From Zoogloea sp. (GTDB lineage Bacteria > Pseudomonadota > Gammaproteobacteria > Burkholderiales > Rhodocyclaceae), in the NCBI RefSeq assembly GCF_041915215.1, contig NZ_JAYSBV010000012.1: a stretch of 64,000 nt of DNA; one strand, written 5' to 3'. A program made the position numbers and the translations under genes. Every line of letters starts with the position of its first letter. Within the stretch, counting starts at the first letter, position 1. Positions 1 to 8,380 of the stretch are shown here, piece after piece. The notes under the pieces were generated by a model that saw nothing but the letters and a program-made list of their open reading frames with translations, was not told where the DNA came from and did no database searches.

Positions 1-1
1 G

Positions 2-667
2 CGCCTGTTCTTCACCCACTCGGTGCTCCACAACCCCACCTCCAGCAATCTGTCGGCAGCCACTGCCTTTCGGGTGCTCCAGCTGGCGGAGCGGCATGAC
101 TTCATGATCGTGGAAGACGATATTTACGGGGATCTGGTGAATGGCAGCGCCACCCGGCTGGCCAGCCTGGATCAGCTCAGCCGGGTGATCTACACCAGCA
201 GCTTCTCCAAGACGATTTCGGGCAATCTGCGGGTTGGGTTTTTGGCCTGTCAGCCGGATCTGGCCCAGGCCCTGACGGACGTGAAGATCGTCTCGATGAT
301 GTCCTCCCCCGAGCTCCCCGAACAGCTGGTGCATCAACTGCTCACCGATGGCCATTACCGCAAGCACCTGGAGCGGGTGCGCGGACGCCTAAGCGAGGCC
401 ACCGCCCGGGGGCTGCGCATGCTGGAACGGGTGGGGCTCAAGGTGGACATGGAGCCCCGGGGCGGGCCCTTCATCTGGGCCCGGGTGCCGGGCCTGCAAG
501 ACACCGCCCAGCTGGCCCGGGATGCAGCCCGGGAAGACATCGTGCTGGCACCGGGGCATGTGTTCCGCCCCCAAAACCAGCCTTCGGGCAATCTGCGCTT
601 CAATGTGGGCCACTGCGACCACCCACGCCTGGAGCGCTACCTGGCCGAAGCCCTAGGCCGGCTCTGA
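2..667 (+). CDS. PLP-dependent aminotransferase (class I/II or MocR-type) C-terminal fragment; 5' end lies outside the window
   Basis: The ORF runs to the window edge. It carries the SFSKTISGNLRVGF pyridoxal-lysine motif typical of class I aminotransferase folds. Confidence 0.6.
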   Translation, partial: RLFFTHSVLHNPTSSNLSAATAFRVLQLAERHDFMIVEDDIYGDLVNGSATRLASLDQLSRVIYTSSFSKTISGNLRVGFLACQPDLAQALTDVKIVSMMSSPELPEQLVHQLLTDGHYRKHLERVRGRLSEATARGLRMLERVGLKVDMEPRGGPFIWARVPGLQDTAQLARDAAREDIVLAPGHVFRPQNQPSGNLRFNVGHCDHPRLERYLAEALGRL

Positions 668-693
668 ATGCCGCCTAGGAGCCAGGGTTCGGC

Positions 694-1212
694 TCAAGGC
701 CAGCGCCGCCAGCCTGGAGCGGGACGCATATAGGGGCCGGGATAAAAGAAGGGATCGGGATACATCCGGTAGGCGTCCATCTCCCGGCGTCGGGCAGCTT
801 CGGCCTCCGCCTTGGCCCGGGCCAGTGCGTCGGCCTGCTCCACTTCCCGCTTGTGCTTGTCGGCGGCGGCCTGATCCCGCAGCCAACGCTCATGGGCATC
901 CACCAGCGCATCCAGCACCGCCGGCTGTACCCCCTTCTGGCGCAGCTCCAGCACCTGGCTGGGGTTCAGGCCGTAGTGGGTGCCGGTTGTGCGGATCTGG
1001 TCGATCAACACTTCGGGGGGCGTGCTACGGGAGCGCGCCACGATCTCATCCAGGCTGAGCGGGCGCAGGGCCGCCTGGGCTGCTTCGATGCGGGCCAGCT
1101 CGGCCGGCTCAAGACGCTGCACCTGAGCCGCCACCGGCTGGGGCGGCGCCACCACGCAGCCCCCCAGCCCCAAAGCCAGCAGGGGTAGCACAACCCAGAC
1201 GGCGGGCCTCAC
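694..1212 (-). CDS. hypothetical lipoprotein (GTG start)
   Basis: Signal peptide with lipobox LALGLGGC. Ala/Glu-rich coiled segment. Overlaps the upstream gene by 4 nt, so probably the same operon. Confidence 0.5.
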   Translation of the reverse strand: MRPAVWVVLPLLALGLGGCVVAPPQPVAAQVQRLEPAELARIEAAQAALRPLSLDEIVARSRSTPPEVLIDQIRTTGTHYGLNPSQVLELRQKGVQPAVLDALVDAHERWLRDQAAADKHKREVEQADALARAKAEAEAARRREMDAYRMYPDPFFYPGPYMRPAPGWRRWP

Positions 1213-1994
1213 GCAGCCACCTTCTCGTACATGCTCACCACCGCATCCATCTGACCCAGGATGCGCTCACTGGTGCTGGCCACATCGGCGGCGGCCTTCT
1301 GCTGCTCCGAAGTCCGGGCACCCAGGGCCGTCTGGAAGAAGAACCACTGCTGCTCCACCAGACCCAGCTCGGACTTGATCTGGGCGGTGTTGAGGGGGCT
1401 GGCCTTGAGCTGGTCATGGGCCTTGGAGAACTCCAGTACCGACTGGGTCAGCATCTCGGTGGCCTGGGGCACGTTCACATTCATCACCCGGAACAAATAG
1501 GCCTTGGCCATGCGCTGGGACAGCATGCGCTGGCGCCCGGCCAGGTTGATGACCTGGGCGGCATGGGCGCCGCTGGCCTGTTCATAGGCCTTGGTCAGCT
1601 GATCTGCGCTCGTCAGCACGGACTCATTGGCCGTCCAGACCGCCTTGGGATCGCTCTGCACCGCCCCCAGCAGAGGACGAAACCGCCCCCACTCCTGCTC
1701 CAGATGCACCAGACGGGACTTCACATCATCATTCGGCACCACCCCACGCAGATCCTGGAGCTGCTGCTCGAACAGGCTCATGGACTGGCCCAGCAGCTGC
1801 TTGCCTTTGTCTGACTGCACCCCTGCAGCCTCCTGCAACCAGGCCTTGGCCAGACGTTGCGACAGCATGCGCTGGCGCCCCGCCTTGTTGATGGCCACAG
1901 GGAGGGAAGCTCCCGGTGCCGGGGCTGCAAACACGTCCCGACCCGCCAAAGTACAGCACACGCCCGCCAGGGCGAGAAAACCACGTCTATCCAT
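1209..1994 (-). CDS. periplasmic protein with two tandem NarX/PilJ-type four-helix sensor domains (P-box motif AGRQRMLSQR)
   Basis: Tat/Sec-like N-terminus RRGFLALAG. Two repeats of about 110 aa, each opening with INKAGRQRMLSQRLAKAWL or INLAGRQRMLSQRMAKAYL. Confidence 0.6.
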   Translation of the reverse strand: MDRRGFLALAGVCCTLAGRDVFAAPAPGASLPVAINKAGRQRMLSQRLAKAWLQEAAGVQSDKGKQLLGQSMSLFEQQLQDLRGVVPNDDVKSRLVHLEQEWGRFRPLLGAVQSDPKAVWTANESVLTSADQLTKAYEQASGAHAAQVINLAGRQRMLSQRMAKAYLFRVMNVNVPQATEMLTQSVLEFSKAHDQLKASPLNTAQIKSELGLVEQQWFFFQTALGARTSEQQKAAADVASTSERILGQMDAVVSMYEKVAA

Positions 1995-1997
1995 TGC

Positions 1998-3455
1998 TCA
2001 AGCTCCAGTACCGCCAACAGTCAAACCATCAATCCGCAGAGTGGGCTGGCCCACCCCCACCGGCACGCTCTGGCCGTCCTTGCCGCAGGTGCCCACCCCC
2101 GGGTCCAGGGCCAGATCGTTGCCGATCATCGAAACCCGGGTCAGGCAGTCCGGGCCGTTACCAATCAGGGTTGCACCCTTCACCGGCCGCGTCACCTTGC
2201 CGTCCTCAATCAGATAGCATTCTGAGGTGGAAAATACAAACTTGCCGGAGGTGATGTCCACTTGGCCGCCACCGAAGTTCACCGCATACAGGCCGTTTTT
2301 AACCGAGGCGATGATTTCGGCGGGATCATGCTGGCCGGGGAGCATGATGGTGTTGGTCATGCGCGGCAGGGGCAGATGGGCGAAGGATTCGCGCCGCCCG
2401 TTGCCGGTAGGCTCCACGCCCATCAGACGGGCGTTGAGGGTGTCCTGCATGTAGCCGGTCAGGATGCCGTCTTCGATCAGCACAGTGCGCCGGGTCGGGT
2501 TGCCCTCGTCGTCGATAGTGAGGGAACCGCGCCGATCCGGCAGGGTGCCGTCATCCACCACCGTCACACCCTTGGCGGCCACCTGCTGGCCGATGCGACC
2601 ACTGAAGGCGGAGCTTTCCTTGCGGTTGAAATCGCCCTCCAGCCCGTGGCCGATGGCCTCGTGGAGCAGGATGCCGGGCCAGCCATTGCCCAGCACCACG
2701 GTCATGCTGCCGGCAGGTGCGGGGCCGGCATCCAGGTTAACGCGGGCCTGGTGCACAGCAGCCCGGGCGAAGCTGGTGAGCACTTCATCGGTGAAATAGC
2801 CGTAGTCGTAGCGCCCGCCGCCGCCACCGGAGCCCTGCTCGCGGCGGCCCTTGTCTTCCATGATCACCGACACCGACACCCGCACCAGGGGGCGCACATC
2901 AGCCGCCAGGTGGCCGTCGCTGCGGGCCACCAGCACCACTTCCCAGCTTCCCACCAGGCTGGCCATGACTTCCTTGACGCGGGGGTCTTCGGCCCGGGCC
3001 AGGCCTTCGAGGCGCTCCAGCAGCTTCACCTTGGCGATGTCATCCAGGGAGCCCTGGGGGTTGTCGGCCCGGTAGAGGGCCAGGGGCGGCTTCTTGGCCG
3101 GCGAAAGGGGCACGCACTTGCGCCGCCCGGCAGCGGCAATCGCCCGGGTCGCATCGGCGGCATCCTTGAGGGCCTTCAGGCTGATGTCGTCGGAGTAGGC
3201 GAAGGCGGTCTTCTCGCCGGTGATGGCCCGCACCCCCACGCCCTGCTCAATGTTGAAGCTGCCGGATTTGACGATGCCTTCTTCCAGGCTCCAGGCCTCG
3301 GAACGGTGGTACTGGAAGTACAGATCGGCGTAGTCGAGCTTGTGGCGGTAGAGCTTGCGGAACACCTTGTCCAGGTCTTCCAGATCCAGGTCATAGGGCT
3401 TCAGCAACAGCTTGCTGGCGGTCTTGAGATGACTACTGGGGGCGTTTTTGCTCAT
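1998..3455 (-). CDS. tldD: metalloprotease TldD
   Basis: [12 protein letters not shown] motif. Full-length similarity to TldD. Start taken at MSKNAPSS by analogy to the E. coli N-terminus; the ORF extends 7 codons further to 3476. Confidence 0.85.
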   Translation of the reverse strand: MSKNAPSSHLKTASKLLLKPYDLDLEDLDKVFRKLYRHKLDYADLYFQYHRSEAWSLEEGIVKSGSFNIEQGVGVRAITGEKTAFAYSDDISLKALKDAADATRAIAAAGRRKCVPLSPAKKPPLALYRADNPQGSLDDIAKVKLLERLEGLARAEDPRVKEVMASLVGSWEVVLVARSDGHLAADVRPLVRVSVSVIMEDKGRREQGSGGGGGRYDYGYFTDEVLTSFARAAVHQARVNLDAGPAPAGSMTVVLGNGWPGILLHEAIGHGLEGDFNRKESSAFSGRIGQQVAAKGVTVVDDGTLPDRRGSLTIDDEGNPTRRTVLIEDGILTGYMQDTLNARLMGVEPTGNGRRESFAHLPLPRMTNTIMLPGQHDPAEIIASVKNGLYAVNFGGGQVDITSGKFVFSTSECYLIEDGKVTRPVKGATLIGNGPDCLTRVSMIGNDLALDPGVGTCGKDGQSVPVGVGQPTLRIDGLTVGGTGA

Positions 3456-3591
3456 GGTCTTGGGGAAATGTCGCAAGTTGGGCAGAAGGTGAACGCTTCT
3501 TCAACGCTTCTGCCAGTTTGAATCCGGAGGCCGGGCACAGTGCCCGGCCCGCTTGTGCATGTAGGTTCAGACGTTCAGGTTCGGGGCCGGC

Positions 3592-4407
3592 TCACTTCAC
3601 GCGGCGATGCTCCAGGGCGGGCAGGCTGGCCCGGACTTCGGCAATCCGGTTGCGATCCACGTTGCCCCTCACCACCCCGGGCCCTTCGGGCAGGCAACTC
3701 AGCACATCACCCCAGGGGTCGATCAGCATGCTGTGGCCCCAGGTGCGGCGCCCGCTCGGGTGCACGCCCCCCTGGGCGCTGGCCAGCACGTAGCACTGGT
3801 TTTCGATGGCCCGGGCGCGCAACAGGGTTTCCCAATGGGCCCGGCCTGTGGTGTAGGTGAAAGCGGCGGTGAGGATGATCAGATTCACCTCGCCCATCGC
3901 CCGGAACAGCTCGGGGAAGCGCAGGTCGTAACAAATCGACACCCCCACCCGGCCGCAGGGCGCCTCGAAGGTGACGACCTCGTTGCCTGCCTCGATGGTG
4001 GCAGATTCGTCGTAACGCTCGTTGCCCTTCACAAAGCCGAACAGGTGCAGCTTGTCATAAGACGCCACCCGACGCCCCTGATCGTCGAAGATCACGGTGG
4101 TGTTGCGCACCTTGTCGGCCGCCTCGGCCTCCAGGGGCAGGCTGCCGCCCACCACCCAGATCCGGTGCCGGCGGGCCGCATCGGCCAGAAAATTCTGGAT
4201 GGGGCCGCCAGTGCGCAACTCACGAATGCGCACCTTGGCCGACTCGTCGGGGCTGATGAGGGGGAAATACTCAGGCAGGGCCACCAGGCGGGCGCCTTGG
4301 TCGGCGGCCTCGGCAATCAGGCGCTCGGCCTCCTTCAGGTTGGCCTCCACATCGGGGCCGGAGATCATCTGGGCCGCCGCCACCGGCCATACCGGATTCA
4401 TCGTCAT
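3592..4407 (-). CDS. carbon-nitrogen hydrolase (nitrilase superfamily) protein
   Basis: ALPEYF glutamate region and ICYDLRFPE catalytic cysteine region. Overlaps the yhdP start by 4 nt. Confidence 0.8.
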   Translation of the reverse strand: MTMNPVWPVAAAQMISGPDVEANLKEAERLIAEAADQGARLVALPEYFPLISPDESAKVRIRELRTGGPIQNFLADAARRHRIWVVGGSLPLEAEAADKVRNTTVIFDDQGRRVASYDKLHLFGFVKGNERYDESATIEAGNEVVTFEAPCGRVGVSICYDLRFPELFRAMGEVNLIILTAAFTYTTGRAHWETLLRARAIENQCYVLASAQGGVHPSGRRTWGHSMLIDPWGDVLSCLPEGPGVVRGNVDRNRIAEVRASLPALEHRRVK

Positions 4408-7400
4408 GGGGTTTTCCCTTCAGGAACAGCGGAAGGCAGGGCCCGGGCCGACAGTTTATCCACCTTGGGATCGGACCAGCTTCCGGTGATTGCATACTCA
4501 AAACTGAACAACTGCTCGACCGGGTCGCGCAGGGCTTTCTGAACCAGATAGGTGGCCAGGCCCACCGCCGGGTGCACCGCCCCGACTCCGGTGGCCAGCA
4601 CCGAGCCCACCGCCACCGATTCGGTCAAGGTGGGCTGCACCTTGACCTTCAGGTTTTGGGACTCCCGGGCCAGATCCGCATCCCCGGTAATGAACACCCG
4701 GGCCGCAGCACCCGTCAGGGCCAGATCTTCGGTGTGCAGCACACCGCCATTCATCTGGATGCTACCGGAAATGCGGTCGAAGGCGAATCCTTCGGAAAAC
4801 ACATCGCGGAAATCCAGCGTGACCCGGCGCGGCAAGGCCTGCAGGCTCAGCACCCCCAGCAGACGCCCCACCCCGGGCTCCAGGCGGGTGAACTGGCCCT
4901 TGTCCACATGCAGCTGCATATGGCCGTTGAGGCTCGCGAAATCCAGATCCACCGGAGCGCCCTGCCAGCCCAACTCCCCCTCCAGGGTGGTATGGGCCTG
5001 GCGTACCGCTTCCGGGTAACCCAGGCGGGCCAGCATGCGCTCGGGGCTCGCCACATCCAGCCGGACATTGATCCGGGTTTCCTCCCGGCTCCCCGGACGC
5101 CAGCTGCCCTTGCCGCTCAGGCTGCCGTCGGGGTTGCTGATCAGAAACTGATCCAGGCTCCAGACATCGCCCTGGTTGGAAGCCTTCAGCTCCAGTTTGC
5201 CCAGCTGATGCCCCCGAATCACCAGACTATCGGCGCTGATGTCCAGCCCTGGCAACTCGGCCAGTTTTTCCTTGCTCTCCTGGCTCGGGGGCGGCATCCC
5301 GTTCCCGGTGGCACTGCCCAGCACCAGCTGGCGGAAACGGCCTTGCAGGCGGCCCCGGCCCTGATCGCGCCAGATGAACTCGCCGGTGGCCTCCCGGCTT
5401 TGGAGCCGGGCCTGCCAGCCGCCCTGCTCCATCACCGCCCGCAGATTGGCGTCATGCAGATGCTGGCCCAGCAGTTGCAAATCGCTTGCCTTGAGGGCCA
5501 GCCCGGACAAGGGAAAACCGCTCCCAGCGGCTGGCGCATGCTCATGCCCCCCGGCCTGGGCCTGGGGAGGGGGATTACCGGCCAGGGCCTTGCGCCAGGC
5601 ATCCGCATCCAGGGTATCGGCACTCGCCGCAATCATCACCCCCTGGTCGGGGATGCGCAGGGCTTCGTTCAGGGCCAGCCCACCCCGCTGGATGAGGCTG
5701 CGATTGCCCTCCCGCCGGCGAATGAACTGGGCCTGAAAACCGCCCCCCGCACTCAGCTTGAGGGTATCGCCCGGCACGCCCGGCGTAGCCAGCAGCTCAA
5801 AGTGGAAAGGCAGCGGCTGGCTCGCAGTTTTGCCAAAAGGCGGCGGCAGGCTGGCCGTAACCCCCTGCAAGCTACTGTCCAGCACAAACTCCACGCCCCC
5901 CGTATGGGGCACCGTGATCGTGCCCTTCCAGGGCGCGGTGCCGCTCATGTGGTCCAGCAAGGGCAGATCCAGCTCCTTGCGCAGGGCCGCCATGCCCACA
6001 CTGCCCTGGGCATTGAGCAGCACGCCCCCGTCGGGACGGGTGCCGCCACTCACACTGACCGCCTCGCCAAACACCCGGCCCACGCCCTGGCGGATCGTCA
6101 TCTGGCTTTCGGTAAAGCCCACCTTGGCCCCCGCCTCCACAATCACCGGCAAGGCCGGGTCGGGCTGGAAGCGGTTGTGGGCAAACTGAAACTCGCCCTT
6201 GACCCGGGATTTGGGCAGATCGTGCAGGGGCAGGCTCAGGTGCAGATCCAGGCTCCCCGCACCTTCTGAGCGAAACGGATCGGTAAAGTGGCCGATCCAG
6301 CCGCCCACCGGGCTCTCGCCCAGAAAACGCAAAAACTCCTGGGTGGGCCCCTGGGCCTGGCCGTGGATGGCCAGCACCGCATCGTTCTTGAAATCCGGCA
6401 ACACCACGCTCACATCGCGCAGCTCCACCCCCAGGGTCTTGCCGCGTCGGGCCTTGATGTTCATGCCAGCGCCCTCGAACACCAGATCACCCTGAATGTC
6501 TTCGATCCGGGGCCAGCCGGGGGCGTATTCGAGCAGCCCATCCATCACCTTCACATTCACCCGGAACAGCCCATCTGCCGAGTCGCGGAAGGGAAAATGG
6601 GACAGATCACCCTTCAGCACCAGCCGGGCATCGGGCGCCTTGCCGCCCAGCAGGCCGCGCTCCAGCCAGTCCCTGGCGCCCTTGCTCACCACGCCGGGCA
6701 TGTAGCGCCACACGGCGGTGCTGTCCGCATCCTGCAAACGGGCCTGAAGATCAATCACCCCCGGCGTGTCGGGGGTGGCCCGGTAGCGTCCGCTGGCCGT
6801 GCCCCGGGCATCCCGGTTGGCAAAGGTGGCCTTGCTCAGATTGAGTTCCAGCAGGCCTTCGGGGTGAGTCCAGGTACCTTCAGCGGCAAGCGCATCCAGG
6901 GCCAGACGTGGCTCGGGGAAGACCTTGGGCATCACGAGGGCCGCATCCTTGCCCGTCAGCACGAAATGGCCGCCCTTCTCACTGCCCTCGATCCGCCCCG
7001 AGAGGCCCGCAAAGCCTGGCCAGGCTTCCAGAGGCGCAATGCCCAGGCCCGAGAAACGCGCATCCACCGTATAGCTGGCCAGATCGCCCCCGCTATCCAG
7101 CGCCCATTTCAGGCTGAGCGGCCCCACCTGCCCGGTGGGCGCCAGGGTGTCCAGCCGGCTGCGCACGCCCACCGGCAGGGGCAGACGCCCGGCCAGTTCG
7201 GAGAGCACCGCCAGATCCAGCTGGCTGGCCACCAGCTCACCGCGCCCGCCGTGGCTGCCCGCCGGGGCCAACAGGCGCAGGAAGAAATCGGTAGGCGGCA
7301 GCACCAGCCCATCCCGGGTTTCGATGGACAACTGGCGGGCGCTCGCTTCCCGCAACCCGCCCTCATCCCGGTAGCGCAAGCGCCCGGAAGCCCGATTGAA

Positions 7401-8297
7401 GGGGATGTCCTCCAGATCTTTGGCGAGCCGGATGCGTGCATCCTTGAGGGAAAAATCGGCGGTAATGGACTGAACCCGACCATGCCCCAGGCTCAGCCAG
7501 GCCTTGAGCCCACCTGAGCCCTCCGCATCCAGTGGGTAATCCACCCAGGGGCGCCAGGCCCCCAGCTTGGCGTAATCGAGACCCGCAAACAGTTCTCCCC
7601 GCCAGCTGGCGCCATGCTTGAGATCGCTGCCGTGCAGCTCGCCGCGCACATCCAGCATGGTGGCCAGGGCCTCGGGCGGGTGGGCGGTCAGCCCGAAGCG
7701 GTGCAGCGCGCCCCGGTTTTCGAGCCGGAAATCCACCTCATCCAGGGCCAGGGGCGGGGCCTTGCGCAGCCCGTCGCGCCATTCCAGGCGGGCATGGCGG
7801 ATCAACACCTCCCGCTGGCTCAGGAGCCAATCGGCAAAAGCCCCATCGCTTTCGCCGGAGGTTTGCACCGGCAGGCCGGCCACAAACAGTTGCCCGTCCC
7901 CATCGCGCCGGATGCTCAGTTCGGGGGCATCGATCTCCAGCCGGTAGAGCTTGAGGCGCATCAGGGGCAAGGACACCCAGGCCACCTCAGCCTCCACCCG
8001 ATCCAGGGTGAGGGCAGGCAGCCCGGCCTTGTCATGAATCGTGAAGCCTTCGAGGTGCAGGCGCGGACGCCAGCCATCCAGGCTCGCCCCCAGCCCCCGG
8101 ATCTGCACCGGCAGACCAATGGAATGGGCAATCAGGCCCGCAATCTCGCCCCGGTACTCGGGCAGATGGGGCAAGACCAGATGCCGCACCCCAAGAAAGC
8201 TCAGGCCACACAGGAAATACACGCCCCCCCCCACCCACAACAACAGGCGCAGGGTCTTGCGGATTCGCCGGAACACGGAGAGGCGCAACTTAGCCAC
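4404..8297 (-). CDS. yhdP: YhdP/AsmA-family inner-membrane-anchored large periplasmic protein
   Basis: 1297 aa with an N-terminal TM helix and repetitive beta-rich body. Conserved tldD-yhdP neighbourhood, as in enterobacteria. Confidence 0.75.
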   Translation of the reverse strand: MAKLRLSVFRRIRKTLRLLLWVGGGVYFLCGLSFLGVRHLVLPHLPEYRGEIAGLIAHSIGLPVQIRGLGASLDGWRPRLHLEGFTIHDKAGLPALTLDRVEAEVAWVSLPLMRLKLYRLEIDAPELSIRRDGDGQLFVAGLPVQTSGESDGAFADWLLSQREVLIRHARLEWRDGLRKAPPLALDEVDFRLENRGALHRFGLTAHPPEALATMLDVRGELHGSDLKHGASWRGELFAGLDYAKLGAWRPWVDYPLDAEGSGGLKAWLSLGHGRVQSITADFSLKDARIRLAKDLEDIPFNRASGRLRYRDEGGLREASARQLSIETRDGLVLPPTDFFLRLLAPAGSHGGRGELVASQLDLAVLSELAGRLPLPVGVRSRLDTLAPTGQVGPLSLKWALDSGGDLASYTVDARFSGLGIAPLEAWPGFAGLSGRIEGSEKGGHFVLTGKDAALVMPKVFPEPRLALDALAAEGTWTHPEGLLELNLSKATFANRDARGTASGRYRATPDTPGVIDLQARLQDADSTAVWRYMPGVVSKGARDWLERGLLGGKAPDARLVLKGDLSHFPFRDSADGLFRVNVKVMDGLLEYAPGWPRIEDIQGDLVFEGAGMNIKARRGKTLGVELRDVSVVLPDFKNDAVLAIHGQAQGPTQEFLRFLGESPVGGWIGHFTDPFRSEGAGSLDLHLSLPLHDLPKSRVKGEFQFAHNRFQPDPALPVIVEAGAKVGFTESQMTIRQGVGRVFGEAVSVSGGTRPDGGVLLNAQGSVGMAALRKELDLPLLDHMSGTAPWKGTITVPHTGGVEFVLDSSLQGVTASLPPPFGKTASQPLPFHFELLATPGVPGDTLKLSAGGGFQAQFIRRREGNRSLIQRGGLALNEALRIPDQGVMIAASADTLDADAWRKALAGNPPPQAQAGGHEHAPAAGSGFPLSGLALKASDLQLLGQHLHDANLRAVMEQGGWQARLQSREATGEFIWRDQGRGRLQGRFRQLVLGSATGNGMPPPSQESKEKLAELPGLDISADSLVIRGHQLGKLELKASNQGDVWSLDQFLISNPDGSLSGKGSWRPGSREETRINVRLDVASPERMLARLGYPEAVRQAHTTLEGELGWQGAPVDLDFASLNGHMQLHVDKGQFTRLEPGVGRLLGVLSLQALPRRVTLDFRDVFSEGFAFDRISGSIQMNGGVLHTEDLALTGAAARVFITGDADLARESQNLKVKVQPTLTESVAVGSVLATGVGAVHPAVGLATYLVQKALRDPVEQLFSFEYAITGSWSDPKVDKLSARALPSAVPEGKTP

Positions 8298-8380
8298 GGA
8301 AATCAGGCTTGACGAAAATCAGTCCGGCAGACATAACACGAGACCAACATAGAAACGATCATTCTACCAATCGCGCCGCC

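Noticed and set aside
2262-3521. 419-aa plus-strand ORF opposite tldD
   Set aside because: It is antisense to a well-conserved TldD and has no motifs.
4572-7517. Several 400-565-aa plus-strand ORFs inside yhdP
   Set aside because: All lie antisense to the YhdP gene and have Gly/Ala/Pro/Gln-rich composition with no domains.
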